A stretch of DNA of 64,000 bases from Myxococcota bacterium (GTDB lineage Bacteria > Myxococcota > JACRCW01): positions 1-64,000 of the forward strand of contig JBFMGU010000008.1 of the NCBI GenBank assembly GCA_040752415.1. Direction: 5' to 3'. Positions 9,440 to 19,390 of this stretch are shown here, one piece after another (position 1 is the stretch's first letter; each line of letters begins with the position of its first letter). The position numbers and the translations under genes were made by a program. The notes beneath the pieces were generated by a model that saw only the letters and a list, made by a program, of their open reading frames with translations, was not told where the DNA came from and searched no databases.

Positions 9440-10972
9440 ATGAAATGCATGTTGGGAATGGTGGTGCTGGGCGTGGCGTCGTCGGTGCTCATCCCGCGGG
9501 AGGCGCGCGCGTGTGGCGGGTGCTTCCACCAGGAGCCCACCGTGGTGACCAACCCCTCGCCCAGCGTGGTCACCGGGCACCGCATGGCCATCTCCATCTC
9601 TCCCACCCGCACCGTGCTCTGGGACCAGGTCAGCTACGACGGAGAGCCCGAGGAGTTCGCCTGGGTGCTGCCGGTGACGCCGGGAACGCGCCTGGAGGTG
9701 GGCACCGACGCGTGGTTCGAGACGTTGGACGCTGCCACGCGCGTGGTGGTGGCCCCGCCCCGACTGGACTGCGGCAGCCAGCCCTCACCACGTCGGAGCA
9801 CCGCGCAGGCCGGCGGCGGCGCGGGGTGCGGGTCCACCACCGGCGGGTACAGCGAGGACGTGGCGTTGGAGGAAGACGCCGGGCCCAGCGGCGAGGCGCC
9901 CGAGGAGCCCGACCCCACCGTGCGCGTGCTGCACGAGGGCACCGCCGGCCCGTACGAGACGGTCACCGTGCGCTCCACCGACCCCGGCGCACTGAGCGGC
10001 TGGCTGCGCAACCACGGCTACGCCATTCCCGAGGACGTGGCCCCGATCATCACCGACTACGAGGCGGAGGGCTTTGACTTCATTGCGCTGCGCCTGCGTC
10101 CGGGCGTGGGCGTGCGCCAGATGAAGCCGGTGCGCGTCATCTACCCCGGCCCCGTGTTCAGCTTCCCGCTCCGCATGGTCTCCGCCGGCACCGGGGAGCA
10201 GACCAGCATGGTGGTCTTCGTGATCAGCGAGGGCCGCTGGTCCTCCGACACCGGCGCCAACGTCATGGTGGACACCACCAGCCTCTCCTACGACTTCCGC
10301 GTGGGCCGCTCCAACTACGAGTCGCTGCGCCTGGACGCACTCTCCGGCAACAACGGGAACGCGTGGCTCACCGCGTACGCTCGTCGTGGCGCGCTGTTTG
10401 CGCCGGCGCTCAACCCCATCACCGGTCGCAACACCGTCTTCGTGGCGGCGGGCACGCGCGGTTCCTCCGACAACACCGTGGCCGGTCTCTTCCTCTCCCA
10501 GGCGCTCACCAACGGGGAGAGCACCGACGGCAGCTGTCGCGAGGTCATCGAGGCCATGGCGGGGGACAACCGGGTCGTGGTGGACCCGTGCACCAGCGGC
10601 ATCTGTCGCGACGTCACCGCCAACGAAATCGACCACCGGCGCCTGCGTTGTGGTGGCGCCGACGACCTGGCCACCGCGCTGGTGGGCAACCATCCCGGCA
10701 GCCTGTGGATCACGCGCCTGGAGGCCAACCTGCCGCGCACCGCCCTGGCGGAGGACCTGGTGCTGGGCGCCGCCGGCAATCAGCTCAACGTGGAGAACAA
10801 CCTGCGCGCGCCCGCCGGGCAGAACAGCCCGTGCCCGCTGGCCAGCAGCCAGAGCGCCCTCGCCCGTCGGGTGCGCGCCTCCGACCCCGCCGCCCTGGTG
10901 ACGGTGTTCGGGCCCACGTTCCTGGGTGTGGTGTTCATGCGTCGCTGGTGGGGACGTCGTCGGACTTCGTGA
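9440..10972 (+). CDS. DUF2330 domain-containing secreted protein with C-terminal membrane anchor
   Basis: ARA-CGGCF, GHRM..SIS...TVLWDQ, FAWVLPV, GPYE and WL..HGY.IP motifs; GGAGG RBS. Confidence 0.8.
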   Translation: MKCMLGMVVLGVASSVLIPREARACGGCFHQEPTVVTNPSPSVVTGHRMAISISPTRTVLWDQVSYDGEPEEFAWVLPVTPGTRLEVGTDAWFETLDAATRVVVAPPRLDCGSQPSPRRSTAQAGGGAGCGSTTGGYSEDVALEEDAGPSGEAPEEPDPTVRVLHEGTAGPYETVTVRSTDPGALSGWLRNHGYAIPEDVAPIITDYEAEGFDFIALRLRPGVGVRQMKPVRVIYPGPVFSFPLRMVSAGTGEQTSMVVFVISEGRWSSDTGANVMVDTTSLSYDFRVGRSNYESLRLDALSGNNGNAWLTAYARRGALFAPALNPITGRNTVFVAAGTRGSSDNTVAGLFLSQALTNGESTDGSCREVIEAMAGDNRVVVDPCTSGICRDVTANEIDHRRLRCGGADDLATALVGNHPGSLWITRLEANLPRTALAEDLVLGAAGNQLNVENNLRAPAGQNSPCPLASSQSALARRVRASDPAALVTVFGPTFLGVVFMRRWWGRRRTS

Positions 10973-11168
10973 CCGTGGGTGGGCGCGGGGAAGGCCCGTA
11001 CACCAGCTCCAGGCACTTCTCCTCGAAAGACAGCCCGCGCGGCGGCGTCACGCCAACCGGTTCCGGAGGTGGAGGCGGAGGCGGAGACGGCGCAGGCCGG
11101 GGCGGCGTGACGTCGTCGCGCCGTTTCCCGGGCAGGACCTTGCGTATGGCCGCCGCAAAACGCCCCAT
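10935..11168 (-). CDS. Possible small Pro-rich protein
   Basis: GGAG RBS upstream; fills an intergenic gap but overlaps the upstream gene's end by 38 nt. Confidence 0.3.
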   Translation of the reverse strand: MGRFAAAIRKVLPGKRRDDVTPPRPAPSPPPPPPPEPVGVTPPRGLSFEEKCLELVYGPSPRPPTVTKSDDVPTSDA

Positions 11169-11254
11169 GCATCTCCCCCCTGGCAGAAGGATCTACCGGA
11201 CGGTGGGGTATGTTGCCCCACTTTGCGTGGATGTTCATCCCCTGACGGGTTGCC

Positions 11255-11986
11255 ATGAACGCGTTGCTGCAACTGCACCATGGGCTGCCACGGGAGGGTC
11301 CCGGCAGCGACGCCTGCACCCGGGAAGCCCTGCAGCGCCTGGGCGCCCACGACGTGACCCGCGTGCTGGACCTGGGATGCGGGCCAGGGCGCCAGACGCT
11401 GGTGCTGGCGGAAACCCTGGGCGTCCCGGTGGTGGCGGTGGACCGGCACCGCGCGTTTCTCGCGCAGCTGACGACGTCGGCGCGCGCTCGCGGGTTGGCA
11501 GACCGGGTGTGGCCGCTGGCGGCGGACTTCCGGGCGCTGCCTCTGCCGGGTGGCTGCGCGAAGCTCATCTGGTCGGAAGGTGCGTTCTACGTCCTGGGTC
11601 TTGCCGAGAGCCTCGCGCTTTGCCGCTCGCTGCTGGCGCCGGGGGGATGGGTGGCGTTCACGGAGTGCACCTGGCTCACCCACGAGCCGCCCGACGAGGT
11701 GGCGCGCTTCTGGCGCGAGGCCTACCCGGCCATGGGCACCGTGGTTTCCAACTGCGCGAGGGCACGCTCGCTCGGCTTCCGCGTGGTGGACACCTTCACA
11801 CTGCCCACGAGCGCGTGGTGGGACGAGTACTACTCACCGCTGGAGTCGCGCATCCGGCAGCTTCGCCCCCACGCGGGCGCCGCGCTGACCACCGTGCTCG
11901 ACGAGACGGAGCGTGAGATCGCGCTGTTCCGTCGTCACGCTGGGACCTACGGGTACGTGTTCTACCTGCTGGCCGACGAGCGATGA
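11255..11986 (+). CDS. Class I SAM-dependent methyltransferase
   Basis: LPREGPGS, VLDLGCGPG, LIWSEGA and YGYVFY motifs. Confidence 0.92.
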   Translation: MNALLQLHHGLPREGPGSDACTREALQRLGAHDVTRVLDLGCGPGRQTLVLAETLGVPVVAVDRHRAFLAQLTTSARARGLADRVWPLAADFRALPLPGGCAKLIWSEGAFYVLGLAESLALCRSLLAPGGWVAFTECTWLTHEPPDEVARFWREAYPAMGTVVSNCARARSLGFRVVDTFTLPTSAWWDEYYSPLESRIRQLRPHAGAALTTVLDETEREIALFRRHAGTYGYVFYLLADER

Positions 11987-12084
11987 CCGCCGACGCCGAC
12001 GTGGTCCCAAGGCCGTAGGGAGGGCGTATCGGGGGAACGCGCTGGATACCCGGCAGGCGGGGCGGCACCCCATCGGGGCGCGAG

Positions 12085-12250
12085 TGTCAGCTGGCACATG
12101 ACAAATGTCAGCTGGCACATGACAAATGTCAGCTGGCACATGACAAATGTCAGCTCGCACATGACAAATGTCAGCTCGCACATGACAAATGTCAGCTCGC
12201 ACATGACAAATGTCAGCTCGCACATGACAAATGTCAGCTCGCACATGACA
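12085..12250. repeat. Tandem array of 8 x 21 bp TGTCAGCT(G/C)GCACATGACAAA
   Basis: Three G-variant units, then five C-variant units, the last truncated at 19 bp; intergenic between convergent genes; no spacers. Confidence 0.97.
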
Positions 12251-12336
12251 TGACCGACGAGAGGGCCCCCCGTCGTGCGGCCATCACTCCTCCCCAACGC
12301 CTTTCGGGACACGCGAACCCAATGGTGTGGAACCGT

Positions 12337-12942
12337 TCAGCGCGTGGCGTTCTCGCCGGTGCCCGTGACCAGTCCGTCGAAGGTGCGCTCGTCCTGCTTG
12401 AGTTGCACTTCCTCCACCAGGAAGGCCAGCGCCTCCCGCCCCGCGGAGTGACGACGGAGCAATCCCGCCAGCGACATGATCTCGTGGAACAGGTCCCGGC
12501 CCACGCGCTGCTCCACGCGACGCAGATGCGCCTTGCGCGCATTGGCGCCACGCAGCCGCTTCTCCCAGCCGGGCGTCCAGAACTCCTGCAGCTTGCGGAG
12601 CAGATTCCGACGCACCAGGTGGTTCCACTCCCCGGCGTCGAACCAGGTTCCCTCGCACTGGTTGCAACGCTCGAGATGGAAGACCTCGTCGAGCTCCAGC
12701 CGCGTGCGGAACATCACCCCGTGACCATGCGGACACCAACCGGCCAGCCGATCCATGGCCTGGCGAAGCGCATCCCACGTCGATGAACCGGGGACCTCGC
12801 GCCCGCGCTCGGCCAGCCGCAGCACCTCCTCCTTCTCCAACCACATCCCGCCGCACCGGTGACACACCAGCGCGGGCACATCGTCAGCAAGGGTGGCCGG
12901 CTGCAACGTGGGCATCCGGCACTTGGCACAACTGGAATGCAT
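12337..12942 (-). CDS. Double zinc-ribbon (zf-TFIIB-like) protein
   Basis: CAKC...CHRCGGMWL and CPHGH...CNQCEGTWFDAGEW motifs. Confidence 0.75.
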   Translation of the reverse strand: MHSSCAKCRMPTLQPATLADDVPALVCHRCGGMWLEKEEVLRLAERGREVPGSSTWDALRQAMDRLAGWCPHGHGVMFRTRLELDEVFHLERCNQCEGTWFDAGEWNHLVRRNLLRKLQEFWTPGWEKRLRGANARKAHLRRVEQRVGRDLFHEIMSLAGLLRRHSAGREALAFLVEEVQLKQDERTFDGLVTGTGENATR

Positions 12943-13068
12943 GCCAGCACCTCCGGCATCGCGCCCGAAGGGGGCGCAGCGTTGGTGATAGCGGGTTCCT
13001 GCGTGCACCTGCGCCGGAGAGGGTGATGATGCGTGCGGGTGGCATCCGACGTCGCGCCGATGGGGCGC

Positions 13069-13620
13069 TCACGGCGTGGCCATGCGTGCGGCCTTCTGCA
13101 ACCCCTGCACCGTGGCCTCCACCTCGAACACCGCGGTGACCTCGAGGGTCTGGTCGGTGTCGGGGCAGCCGTTGGCGGTGACCTCCGAGGTGATGCTCAT
13201 GGATTCCGCGGTGACATACGGCGCCAGCTCGGTACCGGTCATGCGGAAGGTCACCGTGTCGACGTTGTCCGGGAAGCTGTCCTGCTCCGCCACCAGCGCC
13301 TTGGACTGACCGGGCGACTCGACGTGGAAGGCCACGCGCGAGAGGTAGCTCAGGTCCTGTCCCGCCGGATCCTTCACGCGCATCTTGAGATCGATGAGGT
13401 GCGCGCTCTTGACGTCCTCCTTGGTCACCCCCTGGTTCTCGAACTCCTGCGTGTCCTCGAAGCTGATGTCCGAGAAACGTCCAATGTTGAGCGCGGCCAG
13501 ACGACACTGCAGCTCGAGCCCACGCTCAACGGTGGTCTCCCCCGACTGGGTCACCGTGAAGGTCACCGTCTGATCACAAGCCGACGCGAAGAGGAACAGG
13601 GCCAAGATGGCAGGACGCAT
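13069..13620 (-). CDS. Hypothetical lipoprotein
   Basis: Lipobox-like LFASAC; GGAG RBS; beta-rich body; coding-like codon bias. Confidence 0.8.
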   Translation of the reverse strand: MRPAILALFLFASACDQTVTFTVTQSGETTVERGLELQCRLAALNIGRFSDISFEDTQEFENQGVTKEDVKSAHLIDLKMRVKDPAGQDLSYLSRVAFHVESPGQSKALVAEQDSFPDNVDTVTFRMTGTELAPYVTAESMSITSEVTANGCPDTDQTLEVTAVFEVEATVQGLQKAARMATP

Positions 13621-13673
13621 GGGTGTCTCCAGGAAGTGGAGGCCATGCTAGCCCGTCCCCCCGGCTCCCGTCG

Positions 13674-13823
13674 TCAGGAGTGGTCCATGCGCCCGTCCAC
13701 CGCGGGTTCCTCGCGCCCACCGCCCTGCGTTGGCTCCTGGTCTTGCGCGGTCACGCGCGGCAGCGCGCACGTGGCGATGAGCACCACCACCCCAAGCGCC
13801 AACAGGATCAGGCCGCGTTTCAT
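13674..13823 (-). CDS. Small secreted peptide (49 aa)
   Basis: GAGGAG RBS 7 nt upstream; MKR plus hydrophobic signal-like stretch. Confidence 0.5.
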   Translation of the reverse strand: MKRGLILLALGVVVLIATCALPRVTAQDQEPTQGGGREEPAVDGRMDHS

Positions 13824-13893
13824 GACGACGCTCCTCGCGCAACCAACCGAGCCTCGCACAACGCTATTCCCCTCGAGAATACCGGCGCGAAGA

Positions 13894-13942
13894 TGTCACC
13901 GCGCTGTCACCACGACGTGACGGACGTGACACCACCGCGACA
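13894..13942. promoter_or_regulatory. Putative OmpR/PhoB-type boxes (TGTCAC repeats with 11-bp period, two opposed pairs)
   Basis: TGTCAC at 13894 and 13905; GTGACA at 13926 and GCGACA at 13937. Confidence 0.35.
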
Positions 13943-13953
13943 CAAAACGCGGA

Positions 13954-14700
13954 TCAGCGCGCGCAGCGGAAGCCGAGGAGGTGATCGGTGTGCGCCGGAT
14001 CCAGTGCGCTGCGGGCGGTGGAGCGCATGTGCCAGGCGTCATACGCGCCGCCCCGTGCCAGACGCCCCATCCCCTGGGTTGGCCCGGTGGGGGCCCGCTG
14101 CGCCTCGGACGGATACGGACCAAACCAGTCCGCCACCCACTCGTCGACGCTGCCGGCCATGTCCAACGCGCCCGACGGGCTGATGCCACGCGGACGGCTG
14201 CCCACGTCGAGCAGCGTGGCCTGGCACGCGGGGTAGACCGCGAGCTCGCAGGTGGGCGCCTCGTCGCCCCAGGGATAGACCCGTCCGTCGGTACCGCGCG
14301 CCGCGCGTTCCCATTCCGCCTCGGTGGGGAGACGTTTCCCCGACCAGGCACAGAAGGCGTCGGCCTGCTCCCAACTCACGCACACCACCGGGCGCCGCGG
14401 CGTGGTCTCCGGCGTGTACTCACAGCGCGGCGGGGTGCAACGTCGCGCGGTGACACAGGCGGCGTAGGCTCCCTGCGTCACCTCGGTGCGGTCGATGGTG
14501 AACGCGGGCAGCGTGACGTCGTGGGATGGGAGCTCCGTGTCCGAGCACGAGGGATCGCGCGCGCGGTTGCACCCCAGTTGGAAGGTGCCCGCGGGGACGC
14601 TGACGGTGGGCGCGGCCGGGGACACTTCCCGTCGACACGACGAGGCCAGGATCCCCAGCAACACCAGGCCCACGACTCCGCGCACACGCACGACCTGCAT
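13954..14700 (-). CDS. Formylglycine-generating enzyme (FGE-sulfatase/SUMF1) domain lipoprotein
   Basis: F.IDRTEVT, PVVCVSW, KRLPTEAEWERAARG, DMAGSVDEW and GFRCA motifs; LASSC lipobox. Confidence 0.9.
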   Translation of the reverse strand: MQVVRVRGVVGLVLLGILASSCRREVSPAAPTVSVPAGTFQLGCNRARDPSCSDTELPSHDVTLPAFTIDRTEVTQGAYAACVTARRCTPPRCEYTPETTPRRPVVCVSWEQADAFCAWSGKRLPTEAEWERAARGTDGRVYPWGDEAPTCELAVYPACQATLLDVGSRPRGISPSGALDMAGSVDEWVADWFGPYPSEAQRAPTGPTQGMGRLARGGAYDAWHMRSTARSALDPAHTDHLLGFRCAR

Positions 14701-14726
14701 GCTAGCGCGAGTGTGGGGACCACGCT

Positions 14727-15886
14727 TCACGGCGTTTCGGTGCCGTGCACCCGCGCGCCCTCGCCGTAGACCGCGAGGGGAACACTGGACGCGTCGGTAG
14801 GCGGTCCGCTCCACACCACCACGTTGGCGTCCTTGCCGCGCATCAGCGAGCCCAGCCGTCCCTCCAGGCCCAGGATGCGCGCGGGATGGAGGGTGACCGA
14901 GCGCAGGGCTTGCTCGTCGCTGAGGCCGTGTCGTCGGGCCACGGCGGGGATGAGGTGGAAGTGCTGGCTGGAGGTCACCGGGTGATCACTCATCAGCGCC
15001 ACCAGCACGCCCGCGCGCGTCAAGAGCGCAGCGTTGTCCGCGCGACGATTCTCCAGCTCCAGCTTGGTGCGCGCCGCCAGGTCCGGCCCCACGATCACCG
15101 GGAGGCGCCGACGCACCAGCTCCTCGACGATGAGGTGGCCCTCCGTGGCGTGGTCCATCACCGCGCGCAGCCGGTACTCGTCGACAACCCGCAGCGCGGT
15201 CTCCATGTCATGTGCGCGGTGCGCATGGATGCGCAGCGGCATCTCCCGACGGAGCACGCGCAGCAGGTTCTCCATCCCCAGGTCCCTCACCTGCTTGGGA
15301 TCCCGCTTGTTCCGGAGATACGCACGCGCCTTCTCCAGCGTCTGACGCAACAACGCGGGCACCGCCATGCGCGTGGCCGGGCTCTTCTTCTGCTCGCGGT
15401 AGATGCGACAGGGGTTCTCCCCGAAGGCCACCTTCAGGCCGGGACGCTCGTCGTACATCATGCTGGCCATGCGACCGCCCCAGGTGCGCAGGCTCACCGC
15501 CAGACCGCCGACCACGTTGGCGCTCCCCGGCAACACGCACACCGTGGTGACGCCGCTGTGAAGCGCGTCGCGGAAGCCCTCATCCCGCGGATTGATGCCG
15601 TCCTCGGCGCGGAGCTGCGGCGTGATGGGGTCGGTGCTCTCGTTGTAGTGCTCCGCCTCGAACCCGCTCACCCCCACCTGGTGCAGTCCGGCGTGCATGT
15701 GCGCATCCACAAAACCTGGCGCCACGTGCAGCCCGGACATCCGCACCACGCGCGCCCCGCGCGGCACCTTCACCTGCGCTCCCACCTCGCCAGCACACCG
15801 CCCTGCATCACCAGGCGGCCACGTGGCACCACCGGTCCGTCGACGGTGTGCAAGGTCACATCATCCAGCACCAGGGCTTCAGCCAT
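14727..15886 (-). pseudogene. Metal-dependent amidohydrolase with an apparent single-base-deletion frameshift near 15790 (pseudogene or sequencing error)
   Basis: PGFVDAHMH, GVTT, KVAFGENP, HAHR, SDHPV and GKDAN motifs lie in 14727-15785. The expected N-terminus MAEALVLDDVTLHTVDGPVVPRGRLVMQGG starts at ATG 15886 in a different frame. Confidence 0.75.
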
Positions 15887-16043
15887 GTGCGCAAGCTACC
15901 CCATCCGACGCTGCGCAGCGCAAAGCGGCCAGCCCCGCTGCTCAAAACGCGCACCCCACGGCCCGTCCTAGCGGGAAGGTGCGGGGATTTGAGCGGGCAT
16001 GCTTCTTGAGAAGTGGTGGGCCACCAACCCGGAGGCCGTCGTG

Positions 16044-16745
16044 ATGAAGCTGACCTCGTTGTTCCGTGGAAGCTGTGTGGTGGGCCTGCTGGTGTCGACG
16101 CAGGCGTGCGGGGTGGGACCGGAGTGCCTGTCCCACTCCGACTGTCCGGACACCGCGTACTGCAACGGCGGCGGGCGTTGTGAGGCGTACCCGGAGGACC
16201 AGGGAACCGAGGCGCGGACGCAGACGCGCGTGGTGACCGGGGAGCGGAGTCCGCCGACGGAAAACACCGGCACGGCGCTGGGCAACTCCGGGCTCGACGC
16301 CGCGCTGGAGGTGGGCGGGGGCCTGGTGTCCGGCGACATCGGCCCGGCGCTCGACGTGAACAACGAGGTGCCCAGTCCCTCGGTCGCCATCTTTGACGGG
16401 CGCACGTACATCAACCTGCAGGTGACCCGGCCCAACGGCGGCGACGCGATGGTGGTGATCAACCTGGAGGGGACGCTGGGTGAGCTGGTCGACGAGACCC
16501 CGCCCGGCCAGGACGTACCGGTGTCCACCACCGACGTGAGCTTCAACGGTTGCGCGCAGCTGGTGGACGGGAGCTGGCGCTTTGATACCCCGGCGGAGAC
16601 CATCAACGTGCGCGTGGATGAGCTGGGCGAGAACACCTTCCGCGTGTCCTTCCGCGCGCGTCTTGCTCCCAACGTGGACGGCCTCACCGGCACGCAGTAC
16701 CCCGCCAGCGACGGTCTGGGTGCGGTGGAGTTCACACGGCGTTGA
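16044..16745 (+). CDS. Hypothetical lipoprotein with N-terminal Cys-rich module
   Basis: GGAGG RBS; leader ending QAC; CLSHSDC....C.....C module. Confidence 0.75.
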   Translation: MKLTSLFRGSCVVGLLVSTQACGVGPECLSHSDCPDTAYCNGGGRCEAYPEDQGTEARTQTRVVTGERSPPTENTGTALGNSGLDAALEVGGGLVSGDIGPALDVNNEVPSPSVAIFDGRTYINLQVTRPNGGDAMVVINLEGTLGELVDETPPGQDVPVSTTDVSFNGCAQLVDGSWRFDTPAETINVRVDELGENTFRVSFRARLAPNVDGLTGTQYPASDGLGAVEFTRR

Positions 16746-16869
16746 CGCCCCCGCCCTCGCCCACGCCCCGCAATCCTTGCAGTCCCCCGTTGGTCCCCGA
16801 AAGCGTTGCCGCGACGTGGCACGCCGACCCACGGTGCGCACGCGGCACGAAACTCGCACAACCGCAGGT

Positions 16870-17532
16870 ATGAGCCACGGCACGCAGTGGCGTGAGACCA
16901 CGTACAAGGCCACGGCCCTGGCGTTGCTGGTGCCCGGATATGCGTCGGGCTACTTGGTGCTCAACCGGCTCATGATGGATGCGCCGCGGCCCTGGGACCT
17001 CTCGCTGCCGCTCGAGCACCGCGTTCCCTTCATCCCGGAGCTGCTGGCCACCTACGGGCTGGCCTATCTGATGGTGGCCGTGCTGGCGCTGGTCATCCAC
17101 GGCGAGAAGCTGGTGCGCCACACGGTGCGTGCGTTTGCGACGACGTGCCTGTTGCAGCTGGTGTGCTTCGCGCTCTTCCCGGTGCGCATGACGGAGCGTC
17201 CCGAGCTGCTTCCCGACGGAACCTTCTGGCACGACGTGGGAACGTTCTGGTTCTGGCTGGACCGCCCCACCAACCTCTTCCCTTCCGCGCACGTGTCCAT
17301 GTCCGTGCTCAGCGCGCTCTTCTTCCGCGACGTGAACCCGTGGCTGGGACGGCTGGCAGGCGGGTTGGCGGCCTTTGTGGCGGTGAGCGTGGTGCTGGTG
17401 AGGCAACACTACGTGCTGGACACCGTGGCGGGTGCCGCGCTGGCCCTGGCGGTGTACCGGGCGACGTCTCCCGGCTGGGTGCGCGAGGTGCTCTGGGCCC
17501 ATGCCCCGCGCGCGACGACGAGCGGCAAGTAG
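16870..17532 (+). CDS. PAP2-superfamily membrane phosphoesterase/phosphotransferase (AUR1-like)
   Basis: NLFPSAHV and RQHYVLD motifs; multiple TM segments. Confidence 0.85.
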   Translation: MSHGTQWRETTYKATALALLVPGYASGYLVLNRLMMDAPRPWDLSLPLEHRVPFIPELLATYGLAYLMVAVLALVIHGEKLVRHTVRAFATTCLLQLVCFALFPVRMTERPELLPDGTFWHDVGTFWFWLDRPTNLFPSAHVSMSVLSALFFRDVNPWLGRLAGGLAAFVAVSVVLVRQHYVLDTVAGAALALAVYRATSPGWVREVLWAHAPRATTSGK

Positions 17533-17757
17533 TCTGGAGTTGCGTCCGGACAAGGATGCCCATCGGGCTTGCTGACGTCGTGAGCGGGCCACGACCTGGA
17601 GTGCGCCGGGCCCTCGCCGCCCTGGCCAGCGCCAAGTGCGTCCTCAACGGTCGCTCGCGGAGCCCGGGACTCTGCAACGGTGAGATACACGCGCGGCTGG
17701 GTTGGTGGACCCACCGCATGGCGCGGAGTGTGCCGCCGCCAATACGGTCCGCCCGCT

Positions 17758-19230
17758 TCAGGGAACAATGTCCACGTATTCACCGCCGCGCGCGTTGCGG
17801 CCGGAGACCTGGAAGGAGCGCAGGTCGACGTCGGTGCCGTGGATCATGGTGTCCTTGCGGCTGTTGAGCGGACGGGAGCGGTTGTTGTTCTGCAGGATGC
17901 GCACCTCGTCCCAGCCACCGCCGGTGACCGTGGTCTGCGTGTCCTGCACAGGCAGCTTGAGCGACTCGATGCCCTTGCGCTTGCCATCCTTCACCACGAA
18001 CTGGTCGATGGAGTTGACACGCTTGAAGGACTTCTCGGCGTCGCGCGTGAACCCCTGCGCTGTGAAAGGCGCGCTGGTGTACTCGTGGCGGGGCTCATTG
18101 AGCTTGCCCACGCTGACCTGCACCTTCTCGTCGCCCACCACCTTCACGCTCATCTGGATCTTGTCGCCGGGGTAGAAATACTGGTTCGGCAGGCCGGGCG
18201 GCGGGTTGTGCCATTGGTTGTTCGAGTAGACGGTCTTGCCGTTCTCCTTCACCACGTTGCCTTTGTCGTCGAGCTTGGGCTCCTTGTTGGTGGTGCGCCA
18301 GAACACGCGGAAGGCGTAGTTGGGCTCCAGCTTCTTGATGACCTCCGGGTCCTTGACCTCCTCGCCGAGGCCATTGCGCACCACGCCGCCCACCTTGGTG
18401 AAGCGGTGGCGCGGGTCGCCTCCGTCGGTGCCCTCGGGGCGGTCGGTGAACGTGGGGACGTGCGTGCCGTTCACCTGGTCATGGCGACGGCTCCAGGACA
18501 GCCCCACGTCGGCTTCCTTCCCGTTGGCGTGACCGCCCATGTACACGCTGGGGATGTCCAGCGGCTCGCGGTTGCCCGGCGTGCCCATGGTGCGCTTGAT
18601 GTCCACCTGCGGGAGCGTGCCGCGTCCTTCGATGCCCTGGTTGCTCGACGAGGATTCCGACGACACCTTGTGGAAATACGCGCTCTTGCCCTGCCGCACG
18701 GCGTGGTACGGCCCGGTGTCCACGGGCTTGCGCGGACCATGCGCCGCTTCCCGCTCCGCGCGCTCCAGGGCACCCAGCGTCTGCGGGCCGATCTTGCCGG
18801 TGGCGCCGACGCCGTGCGCGCGCTGGAACGCCTTCACCTGCGCGGTGGTCTCCGCGGTGAACACGCCGGTGGTGGGACCGCTGTGGCCCAGCTTGGCGAG
18901 GCGCTCCTGCAGCTCCTTGACGCTGGTGCCGGCCTGTCCTTCCTGCAGCACCGCGCCGTTGCGGATGTCCTGCACGCTGGGAGCCCCACCCACGCCCGCA
19001 CCAAAGGTCGCGTTCACCCTGCCCTGCACCGCCGCCTCGTCGCGACGCGCACCCACGCGCTCCGTTTTATCCGTGTGCGCGCGGCGCTCCGGCGTGGTGG
19101 TGGTCTCGGTGGCGACGGGAGGTGGCGTGGTGGCGCTGGTTGCCTTGGGCCCTTCCTGCGGCGGCTCGGTGGGCGTGGTCGACGTGACCGGGGGGCGGAC
19201 CGAGGTGCGGTTGGCGTTGACGGTGGTCAT
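17758..19230 (-). CDS. Peptidoglycan-binding domain protein with an uncharacterised beta-rich C-terminal domain; no signal peptide
   Basis: L.EG..G..VKELQERL..LG...G.F...T...VKAFQ..HG...TG.IGPQT..AL (PG_binding_1 pattern); Thr/Pro-rich N-terminus. Confidence 0.8.
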   Translation of the reverse strand: MTTVNANRTSVRPPVTSTTPTEPPQEGPKATSATTPPPVATETTTTPERRAHTDKTERVGARRDEAAVQGRVNATFGAGVGGAPSVQDIRNGAVLQEGQAGTSVKELQERLAKLGHSGPTTGVFTAETTAQVKAFQRAHGVGATGKIGPQTLGALERAEREAAHGPRKPVDTGPYHAVRQGKSAYFHKVSSESSSSNQGIEGRGTLPQVDIKRTMGTPGNREPLDIPSVYMGGHANGKEADVGLSWSRRHDQVNGTHVPTFTDRPEGTDGGDPRHRFTKVGGVVRNGLGEEVKDPEVIKKLEPNYAFRVFWRTTNKEPKLDDKGNVVKENGKTVYSNNQWHNPPPGLPNQYFYPGDKIQMSVKVVGDEKVQVSVGKLNEPRHEYTSAPFTAQGFTRDAEKSFKRVNSIDQFVVKDGKRKGIESLKLPVQDTQTTVTGGGWDEVRILQNNNRSRPLNSRKDTMIHGTDVDLRSFQVSGRNARGGEYVDIVP

Positions 19231-19390
19231 CCGGGCTCCAGCCGCCGCGCAGACATCCGGCGGAACACCGAGGTTATCGGGCGGACACGGTGCGGTGGTG
19301 TGTCATGGCGCCGCGCCATCCGCCGGTTCCCGGAGTGTTTCCGGCCACGCTGTCGACGTAGCGTGCGGCGCGTTCTACCAGGGAGGGAAC

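Noticed and set aside
12085..12250. CRISPR array or repeat-protein ORFs (MCELTFV / ADICHVR repeats)
   Set aside because: The units are contiguous with no spacers and no cas genes are present; the ORFs are translations of the DNA repeat that overlap real genes.
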